Virus record (IMG/VR): IMGVR_UViG_3300022932_000014
Coordinates: 1-29,637 of that record
Strand: one strand, 5' to 3'
Length of the DNA: 29,637 bases
Source of the DNA: a virus
A program made the translations under genes and the position numbers. The notes beneath the pieces are model-generated. The model did not search any database, had not been told where the DNA came from, and saw nothing but the letters and a program-made list of their open reading frames with translations. Position 1 is the stretch's first letter. Each line of letters opens with the position of its first letter. Of the stretch, positions 1 through 7,729 are shown piece by piece.

Positions 1-1898
1 AATACCTGGGCTTGTTCTTCGGCTTCTTGACCTGTACCTAATCCTAATTCTTTAGCTAATTCGTCATTTTTAACAGCATTTATTTGACGTTGAAAATCAA
101 AAAAGCCTTCCTGTACGCTACTTATAGCTTGATTACGTTCTATGTGAGCTATGGCCGATTCCGCATCAGCTAGTAATTCTCCTGTTAAATCACCTCTTTG
201 TATTGCTTGTTGTTTTGATTCTTGAGAAGCCTGTATTTTATTATTTGCAATTACATTATTTATATGGTTATCTGCTGTAAATGCATTAGCGTAATCAACT
301 GTTCTTTGTGTTTCTTCTCTCTCAGCCGTAACATCTCCAAATTTAAATCTGGAATGCACTCCTGCACCTAATACCCCAACAATAGCTCCTACAAGTCCTT
401 CTGAAAGTCCCTCTTTTGTGCCATAAGTGTCTTGAAGTGCTTCTGTAAATGCATCAGCCACTCCATAAGTTGTTTTTGTTTTTTCGGGGTCAAAAGCATT
501 TAGCATGTATTTTTCGGCAGTTTGTGAAACAACTCTTTGTCCCATTTCTTCTTGTGCTTCTGGAATTGCTGCCCCTAATACTCCCCAAACTTTACCTGCT
601 ATTCTCTGTCCTTTAGTTGCCTCTAAAGCTTTATACAGTATTTTACCTTCTTCTGTAATTGTTTTATCAAATCCAATACCTAATAAGCTTCTTTTTAGAA
701 AGCTATTACCTACATTTGGATTCACTGTTTTTCCTATTAATGCATTTCCAAATTGGGCTAAATTAGAGGTTCCTACAATAATCATATTAGCTCCAAAAAC
801 ATAATTTCCTGTTGTAGTTAATTGGTCTTTGAAAGCAGAATATTCTTCAGGTGTCGGGTCAACTCCATTTACTTTTTGATAATTTTCAAGCCAGTCGTGT
901 TCTGTGGAATTCATATATTGGCGTGCTTCCATTCCAGCCTCATAACCTGCTGAACGTGTTGCTACCAAAGCTACATCCGCTATTTTTCTTATTTTATATG
1001 CATTTATAGAAGTAGTTTTATTTATCTCTCCTATCTTACCTAATACCTGATCACTTACTTTTCTACCTAACGCTGTAGTTTCTGCTTCTAGTAAGGCTGT
1101 AGATGATCCTTTAGACAATATTTTTGCCGCGTTTAAAGCTTCTAAAGTTTTTGCTTCCCCTCCAGCTCCTTTAATTGTCCACTTTGCTAATTTTGCTAAT
1201 TGACTTTCTTGAGCTAATAACCCTAATCCTCCTGTTGCAGCTGTCCATATTCCTTCTGAAATAAGTAAGCCCGCTGTAAATGATAATCCTCCAAATACTT
1301 TATCTGCCCAGAAATTAGTTGTAGCTACCTGACCAAATAAACTTGCATTATTTTCTTGTTCTGTATAATAATTTGGTAATTTATAGTCAAGTTTAACATT
1401 CAAATCATCAAGATAATTGTTGAAATCTGTATTATATGCTTCGGATAAACTTCCTTTAGATATCCCTTCAACTAAACTGTCAACGACTCCTAAAGTCCCT
1501 CCTAATACAGCAACACCTGTTTTACCAAGTAACTTACCAAATCCGTTTGTCCATTTTTCAGATGTTGTTTGTTGTTGCGCAAGCCTTTCTTGGTTATTTG
1601 TACCTGGTATAAAATTCTCATACCTTCCTATATATTCTCCATTAGAAAGAGGCGTGTAAGCTTCATTGTAAGACTCATTAGCATATCCCTTCAATGCTCT
1701 TGGTTCTTCTTTAAATTGAGAGCCAAATAAGGAAGGTGCTTGTGCAAAAGGGTTTGAAGATAAGTCAGGCTGAACTTCTTTTTTCCTTACATCTTGTGCA
1801 ATAAAAGTGGTAGGTGTAGTAATAACAGGAGCCACTGTTGCATCTGCTAGTAATTGAGTATCTATTGGATTATAACCTGCTGTAGTTGGTTCTGCCAT
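1..1898 (-). CDS. Large virion cargo/ejection-type protein, N-terminal 632 codons (truncated at window edge; absent from ORF track)
   Basis: ATG at 1898, 4 nt after the upstream TAA. My translation is open to the window edge (MAEPTTAGYNPIDTQLLAD...NFWADKVFGGLSFTAGLLISEGIW...PEAQEEMGQ...EAEEQAQV). It has several Gly/Ala-rich hydrophobic stretches. Its position matches the giant cargo/virion-RNAP-associated genes of crAss-like phages, but no RNAP motif is visible in this part. Confidence 0.8.
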   Translation of the reverse strand, partial: MAEPTTAGYNPIDTQLLADATVAPVITTPTTFIAQDVRKKEVQPDLSSNPFAQAPSLFGSQFKEEPRALKGYANESYNEAYTPLSNGEYIGRYENFIPGTNNQERLAQQQTTSEKWTNGFGKLLGKTGVAVLGGTLGVVDSLVEGISKGSLSEAYNTDFNNYLDDLNVKLDYKLPNYYTEQENNASLFGQVATTNFWADKVFGGLSFTAGLLISEGIWTAATGGLGLLAQESQLAKLAKWTIKGAGGEAKTLEALNAAKILSKGSSTALLEAETTALGRKVSDQVLGKIGEINKTTSINAYKIRKIADVALVATRSAGYEAGMEARQYMNSTEHDWLENYQKVNGVDPTPEEYSAFKDQLTTTGNYVFGANMIIVGTSNLAQFGNALIGKTVNPNVGNSFLKRSLLGIGFDKTITEEGKILYKALEATKGQRIAGKVWGVLGAAIPEAQEEMGQRVVSQTAEKYMLNAFDPEKTKTTYGVADAFTEALQDTYGTKEGLSEGLVGAIVGVLGAGVHSRFKFGDVTAEREETQRTVDYANAFTADNHINNVIANNKIQASQESKQQAIQRGDLTGELLADAESAIAHIERNQAISSVQEGFFDFQRQINAVKNDELAKELGLGTGQEAEEQAQV

Positions 1899-1902
1899 GT
1901 GC

Positions 1903-4563
1903 TTATTTTAGTCTGTTTAAAACTGTGTCTATTTCTTTAGGGTTTTGTTGTAGGTATTCTAGTACTGCTTCTCCCACTAATATTTGTGGATATTGTTTAA
2001 TAAATAAAAGAAGTTGTTTATCCATTACTTGTTTACCTGTCTCTGTTTCACTTAGAAGTAATGGCGCTCCTCCTTTTTTAAGAGATACAGAAGTTGTCCA
2101 TTGTCCTTGAACTGGAGTAGCGCTAACGGTAAATTTATTGTAAGCATCTTTTGACATTAGTGCTGTTAAAGCTTCAATTTTTTCTGCGGGAATTAACGCT
2201 TGTAATTTTTGTTTATAAACTTGATCTGTTGTTGGTTGAGTTAAAAAATAACTTGGATTAACTTTAGAACCCATTTGAAAATTCGCTCCTAATGTACCTG
2301 AAATAAAATTACTTGCTTTGTTTAAAGCTGATTTTTGTTGTATATCTAAAAATTGAATATTTTCATTATTTATAGGAGTTGTATAATTACCTGCTGTAAC
2401 TTGTCTTGATTGCGCTTCATTTAAAGCCTGTGCATTTAAAACATTATATAAATCATCTCCTCTTTTAACTGTGTATGTTCTGGCACTTCCGAATATTCCT
2501 TTGACACCCTCTTTTAGACCTGATTGTATAACTTCAAAACTTCCATCATCCGTTCTTCTAAAACTAAGTCCTTTTTTAGGATCAAAAGCTACTTCTCCCT
2601 CCATTTGAGGAATTGCATTAATTATCTGTTCTTTTACTTTATCATTAGTAACTGTTGCTAACTTATTTGTTGTTACAATTCCTTTTCCTTTATCGGCCAC
2701 TATTTTATTTCTTCCTGACAAAGAGTCTTCTCTTAAACTGACAGATCCGAATGGATTTAAAGTTGTTCTCACTCCCGCTCTATCTGCTAGGGTCTCTAAG
2801 CCATTTAATACATTTTCAAAAACTGGTATTTTTGTAGGATCTGCCAATAATGTTTTTTGAAGATTATCCCACCCTCCGTTTTTATTTACAAAGTCTTGTG
2901 CTTGCCTTACTTCAGGAGAATCTGCTGTTTTACTCATTATAGGTATACCATAAGCCCCTGTTGTCTCCACTCTTCCTAAAGAATTTAGTTTTTGTCTAAG
3001 AGAGCTTACATATTTTGCAGGATCTTGTTTGAACACATTTACTGTTTGTGTATTAGATTCTTTTAAAACTGAGGCCATGTCGTTTCTTCTAACATAAGCT
3101 TCTAAAATTTGAGAATACTGTTCTGGAAATAAGTTAGATAAACCTGATTTGCTAAATGCTGTCTTTGCGGCAGTTGCTGGAGCATATCCGCTCTTTATAG
3201 CTTCTGCATAATTTGCTTGATATGATTTTTTAGTATTATCATCTATTCCTCCTCCTTGTAGTGTATTATTCGCCAAAGAAACAATTCCAACACTTTCTGT
3301 AGCGAAATCTTTTACTAATGTGGTATATGGATTAGTTTCATCTACATTTTCCACAGGTAAGTTTGAAAGAGAAACTCCTGTACCTGATCCAACTGCACCT
3401 ACGGCTTCTTTATTTATTTCTTGTTGTAGTTTTGTCATTTCTAAAGAATGCTTTTGTACAGCTCTTGATTCGGCAGAATACTTAAGTTCTAAATCTTTAG
3501 CATCATAAAAAGCAGCATCCGTATCATAAGTAACAGAGGTTTTAGCTCCTGCCATTTTTGCAAAAGTAGTTTTCCAATTTGTAGTTTCTAAAAATCCCCC
3601 TATTGAAGCGGAATTGTTAGGGTCAATACTTTTAAAACTTTGTAAATATTGTGATTTTCTATCTTCTTCTGCTGTTTTATTTCTAAATGCTTGGTTTCTT
3701 TGTTCCTGTGTTAAGTTTTTATTATTGTAATCTACATTATACTTTTCAATATTTGCATTTAAGTTTTCTTCTACATTTTTTGTATATGATTTAAATGCTT
3801 CTTGAGCAACTGCTAATCCATTTTCTCCTTGGTATTTAGCCCAACCATTTATCTGTAATTGTTTTCCTTCTTGTGGGGATAGTATTTGAGGCATGTAAGC
3901 CAATATCTCAGATTCTGTAAGTCCTTTAACAGAAGTTGTTTTTGTTCTTCTTACGCCATCACTATCAGTAAACGGAATTTCAACTGTTTCTTCTCCTTTT
4001 AGCTCTTTAAATGCCTTTGCTTTTTCTAAGGCCGATTTATTTACATCAATGTAGTTTGTATATTGAAGCGCTCCAATTTTATCAACCTTATTACCCTGAG
4101 CATCTCTACCTTGAAGATAGTTAGCAATTCCTGCTTGCTCTTGAGCAAATGCATAATTTACATCAGAATAACTGCCATCATTCTTTTCTCTTTTTTTCTT
4201 TATTTCCGTGTCAAAATTACGAATAGACTGTGAAATACCAATTTGATCTAAAGTATAATCATCAATGGCCATATTGGTATAAGCATTGATTTTATTTGTT
4301 AGTCCACTTTTTGCCCAATTTATTTTACCACTTTTATTTACTTCATCAATAAGTCCTTGGACATTTTGAGCGAATCTATCTTTGTCTTCTTGTCGCAATA
4401 ATAGATTTTCCTGCACTTTTAATTGAGCAAGATTATTATTATACTTTTGTAATCCGTTATCATACTTACCCTGATTAACAGAAAGTGCCTGATTAAGTAA
4501 ATTTAGATTTATTGGACTTTGATATTCTTGTGGAGTATCAGGAGTGGATAAATAAGATGCCAT
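1903..4563 (-). CDS. Putative internal virion (cargo/ejection) protein, about 886 aa
   Basis: Long ORF. Start moved from TTG 4587 to ATG 4563 (MASYLSTP), which has an A-rich leader AAACAACAATAT. N-terminus YQSP..L..AL...Q.KYD and helical character resemble crAss-like cargo proteins. Function inferred from gene order. Confidence 0.65.
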   Translation of the reverse strand: MASYLSTPDTPQEYQSPINLNLLNQALSVNQGKYDNGLQKYNNNLAQLKVQENLLLRQEDKDRFAQNVQGLIDEVNKSGKINWAKSGLTNKINAYTNMAIDDYTLDQIGISQSIRNFDTEIKKKREKNDGSYSDVNYAFAQEQAGIANYLQGRDAQGNKVDKIGALQYTNYIDVNKSALEKAKAFKELKGEETVEIPFTDSDGVRRTKTTSVKGLTESEILAYMPQILSPQEGKQLQINGWAKYQGENGLAVAQEAFKSYTKNVEENLNANIEKYNVDYNNKNLTQEQRNQAFRNKTAEEDRKSQYLQSFKSIDPNNSASIGGFLETTNWKTTFAKMAGAKTSVTYDTDAAFYDAKDLELKYSAESRAVQKHSLEMTKLQQEINKEAVGAVGSGTGVSLSNLPVENVDETNPYTTLVKDFATESVGIVSLANNTLQGGGIDDNTKKSYQANYAEAIKSGYAPATAAKTAFSKSGLSNLFPEQYSQILEAYVRRNDMASVLKESNTQTVNVFKQDPAKYVSSLRQKLNSLGRVETTGAYGIPIMSKTADSPEVRQAQDFVNKNGGWDNLQKTLLADPTKIPVFENVLNGLETLADRAGVRTTLNPFGSVSLREDSLSGRNKIVADKGKGIVTTNKLATVTNDKVKEQIINAIPQMEGEVAFDPKKGLSFRRTDDGSFEVIQSGLKEGVKGIFGSARTYTVKRGDDLYNVLNAQALNEAQSRQVTAGNYTTPINNENIQFLDIQQKSALNKASNFISGTLGANFQMGSKVNPSYFLTQPTTDQVYKQKLQALIPAEKIEALTALMSKDAYNKFTVSATPVQGQWTTSVSLKKGGAPLLLSETETGKQVMDKQLLLFIKQYPQILVGEAVLEYLQQNPKEIDTVLNRLK

Positions 4564-4582
4564 ATATTGTTGTTTATTAAAA

Positions 4583-4620
4583 CGCAAAATCCCACCCTAT
4601 TTATATAAGATGGAATTGCG
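4583..4620 (-). terminator. Hairpin with U-tract in the leader of the 886-aa gene (terminator-like or 5' stabilising)
   Basis: Minus strand TTCCATCTTAT-ATAA-ATAGGGTGGGA: 11-bp stem with four G-U pairs, so it pairs well only on the minus strand. Extendable by CGCAA/TTGCG. Followed by TTTTGCGTTTT. Confidence 0.5.
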
Positions 4621-4650
4621 AAATTACGTTATTTATTTGAGATTTGCAAA
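4619..4650 (-). promoter_or_regulatory. Bacteroidota primary-sigma promoter (-33/-7)
   Basis: TTTG-N20-TAATTTCG, one mismatch to TAnnTTTG, in an intergenic gap. Confidence 0.65.
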
Positions 4651-4672
4651 TTAATTATTTTTTGCACTACGT

Positions 4673-7600
4673 TTAAGTTCTTTGAGCGCCTCCAAAACGT
4701 TTCTTTTTAGCTTGGACATTGAATTTTTGTAAAGTTTTCTTTGCATCTAATAATCTTTGATACTCGTCTTGTGGACTTGCGCTGTAATTAGTAGCTAAAT
4801 CTAAATTAGTCATAGCAACTCCATCAGGTGTATACCTAGCATTGTCATACATGGAGTTTATTAGGTTTACAGAGTTTACAGTGTTATAATTACCTAAATT
4901 TACTTTTTGAGCAGTATTATAATAATTTCTAAGATTCTGTTGAGTTATTGCATCAGCTTTTAATATTCTACCTTCATAACTTAATAAATCACTAGCTCTT
5001 GCGTCTTCCTCTCTGGCTTGTATTTGTGCATTTGCTGCATTGGCCTGAAATGTAGAGGCTTGATTTTGTCCTGCGACTTGACCCATTACATTATTTAATT
5101 GAGCTTGTGTATTAGCCTGTACTTGTGCTATTGCCGAGGCTCTTTGCGCGTCTGGCAAACTATTTAAACTCTCTATTGTTGAAGCTTCTTGCCTTCTAAT
5201 TTCATTAACTTGTGCATCAGGTGAAACTAATGGTGCTTCAATTCTATCATATCTCCTATTTATTTTTAGAGCCCCTTGTAAACTATCTGGCAATAAAGGA
5301 CTTTGATCAGGTAAATTTAGTAATCCCAGTGTATTTATTTCCTGATTATTTGCTGTAAATGATGGAAGTTTATTGGTTGGAGAAGGTTTGGTTGCCAGAG
5401 GTCTTGAATCAGGTGTTACTTCTGCAATTCCATAATCAGCTGATGTATCTCCAATAAGACCTTCAATGTTATCTAAATTTTTAATACTAGGAGCAGAAAG
5501 TTTAGCTCTTAAAGGTGAGTTTTTTAGTTGTTTAACTGTTAATATTCCATTGTCGGCCAATAACTGTTTTTCTTCTGGTGTTACTAAGTTAATTTGCATT
5601 GAATATCTTCCAGAAGTAAAATTACCTAATTTTTCATCATACCCTCTAATAGCTCTAGACTGATCTGTTTCTCCTGTTGTATCTGGTAAAAAAGTCTCTT
5701 CTGTTAAATATCTTTGAGCTTCTTTAACTGCATCTGAATTAAAGTTATTAGGGTTATTTATAATAGTTTGAGCTGAGTCTTTCATATTCTCATCTATCAA
5801 TCTTTGCACATTCCCTACAATTTCAGATTGTTTGTTTAAAGGTACATTCCCTTTTAACTTTACATTCCCTTTTGAGTCAACTGTTATCAATTGTTTAAAT
5901 CCAGGATCAGAATTAATAATATTTGGAAAATTATTATACAGATTTTGAAGAGCTTCTTGTGACTTAACTACTCCATATGCCTCTTGATTAGCTGATTGTT
6001 GTTCTCTAATATTTTTACTGTAAGGATTTAAGTTACTAGTTACATTGGCTGTTCTATTTCCTCCGTTTTGAAATTCATAAAGTAATTCTTTTACTTTTTC
6101 TTGTGGAAGACTATATTTTTTAGAATATTCTATAATCATATCTCCATTATAAAGGCCTCCATTTTGCATAATGGGTTTTGTAATTTCCTCTGCATTATGA
6201 CCTACTTTAGAATCTTCTTGTAAATTAAATACTTCATCAAAAAAGCTTTTACGTGCTTCTATTATAGGTAATTTCTCTTGCTCTAATTCTTGAAATTCTT
6301 CAGTTAGGAAATTTACGTTAATTCTAATTGTATCTTCTAAGTTTGGATTATGTAATAATTTATCTGCTTGTTTTTGAAGTTTTGAGGCTATGTCCTCTTG
6401 TTCTTTAATAATTTTATCAAGCCCTGTTTTTCTGTTGAATTTGTCAATTACATCTGCATAAGTGTTTGTAGACTTAACCCCTAAATCATATTCTTCATTA
6501 AATTTTTTAGCGCCGTCTTTACCTATTTTTAAATGGTCGGAAATAATTTGAGAGTCTTCTGGTAATTGTTCTGCTGTAAGTTCAATACCTCCTTTTTCAT
6601 GAGTAGCCCCTAATGCTTTTTGAATTGTCCCATCAGGTTTTTTTATGTACTCATCTTTTTCTATTTCGGCAACTTTTTCTCCTTCTGGAGTTTCAGCTAC
6701 ATATTCCCCTGTTGCTACCTTATTTTCGTCTTTTTTTTTTAATCTTCCCCCGTCTTTCATAAATGCTTGAGGCTCTTGAACAGGCGGTGCTTGTCCTTGT
6801 TGTAAGGTAGAAACCATTTCTTGAAGAGCAGCTTGCTGTTGGTCTGGTGGTAATTGTTGTAGTTCAGCCATTATTGCTTGTGGGTCTTGGCCTGTAGATT
6901 CTGCAAAAGCTATTACAATATCTTCTGGACTAGGGGTTGATTGCTGCCCGCCTTCCTGAAAATATCCACCTATTTGTAAAGACTGAGTTGCAGGTACAGA
7001 AGCTTGTCTTGCTTTCTGTTGATACTCATTTAAAATATTTTGTCTTCTATTGGCCGTACCTAATCCTGAAACAAGATTTCTTCCTAATCCTGTTGCTAAT
7101 TTAGTTGCTGAGACTCCGATATCAAAAGCATTTCCTGTTCCGATACCTTGGCCTAATTTATAAGCTGCGCTAGGAATATCGAAGCCTCCATATGGGTTAA
7201 AATAAGAAAAATTTTCTGTTACATTTGGTGTTTGAGTAGGCGTTTGTAGTGGGTTTCCATTCATGTCGTATTGATCTCTTTGATCTACAACACCATCTCC
7301 ATTATTATCCCCTTGAATATACTCTGATCCTGTATCTTGGACTCCATAAGTATTAGGAGCTGTAATTTGAGGTGGAGTAGAATATGGTGATAGTTCATTA
7401 GGATTGTAGGTAAATCCATTATTTGTAGTATTTGGTAGAGTATATTGTTGAGCTAATTGATTAGAGTAAGTACCAAATTCATTGGTGTCAAACTGATTTG
7501 TTGTTGGTGGTTGCAGTGTTATTGGTTGTGGAGTATACCCTATATTACTAGGCGCTGTAAAATTTCCTCCTATTTGTTTGTTTTTTTGATTCCACATTGA

Positions 7601-7729
7601 ATAAGCAATGGCAATTGCCTGATCTTGTTTATAACCTTCATCTGAAAGTGTTTTTATCTTGTCAGAAATCCATTCCTGTTTAGAATTACCACCATCTTTA
7701 TATCTATTATTTTTTATTCTTCTTTCCAT
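4673..7729 (-). CDS. crAss-like cargo/internal virion protein, 1018 aa, with repeated (Q/K)xGG motifs
   Basis: Contains AEIEKDE...GATHEKGG...IISDHLK, a block I recognise from crAss-like cargo proteins. Also Q/P/T-rich linkers and Q/A-rich coiled coil. ATG directly abuts the upstream TAA. Confidence 0.7.
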   Translation of the reverse strand: MERRIKNNRYKDGGNSKQEWISDKIKTLSDEGYKQDQAIAIAYSMWNQKNKQIGGNFTAPSNIGYTPQPITLQPPTTNQFDTNEFGTYSNQLAQQYTLPNTTNNGFTYNPNELSPYSTPPQITAPNTYGVQDTGSEYIQGDNNGDGVVDQRDQYDMNGNPLQTPTQTPNVTENFSYFNPYGGFDIPSAAYKLGQGIGTGNAFDIGVSATKLATGLGRNLVSGLGTANRRQNILNEYQQKARQASVPATQSLQIGGYFQEGGQQSTPSPEDIVIAFAESTGQDPQAIMAELQQLPPDQQQAALQEMVSTLQQGQAPPVQEPQAFMKDGGRLKKKDENKVATGEYVAETPEGEKVAEIEKDEYIKKPDGTIQKALGATHEKGGIELTAEQLPEDSQIISDHLKIGKDGAKKFNEEYDLGVKSTNTYADVIDKFNRKTGLDKIIKEQEDIASKLQKQADKLLHNPNLEDTIRINVNFLTEEFQELEQEKLPIIEARKSFFDEVFNLQEDSKVGHNAEEITKPIMQNGGLYNGDMIIEYSKKYSLPQEKVKELLYEFQNGGNRTANVTSNLNPYSKNIREQQSANQEAYGVVKSQEALQNLYNNFPNIINSDPGFKQLITVDSKGNVKLKGNVPLNKQSEIVGNVQRLIDENMKDSAQTIINNPNNFNSDAVKEAQRYLTEETFLPDTTGETDQSRAIRGYDEKLGNFTSGRYSMQINLVTPEEKQLLADNGILTVKQLKNSPLRAKLSAPSIKNLDNIEGLIGDTSADYGIAEVTPDSRPLATKPSPTNKLPSFTANNQEINTLGLLNLPDQSPLLPDSLQGALKINRRYDRIEAPLVSPDAQVNEIRRQEASTIESLNSLPDAQRASAIAQVQANTQAQLNNVMGQVAGQNQASTFQANAANAQIQAREEDARASDLLSYEGRILKADAITQQNLRNYYNTAQKVNLGNYNTVNSVNLINSMYDNARYTPDGVAMTNLDLATNYSASPQDEYQRLLDAKKTLQKFNVQAKKKRFGGAQRT

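Noticed and set aside
1903-4563. (Q/K)xGG sites in the 886-aa protein (LQGGG, KNGG, KKGG)
   Set aside because: They fit loosely but cannot be tied to visible domain boundaries, so they were not counted as support.
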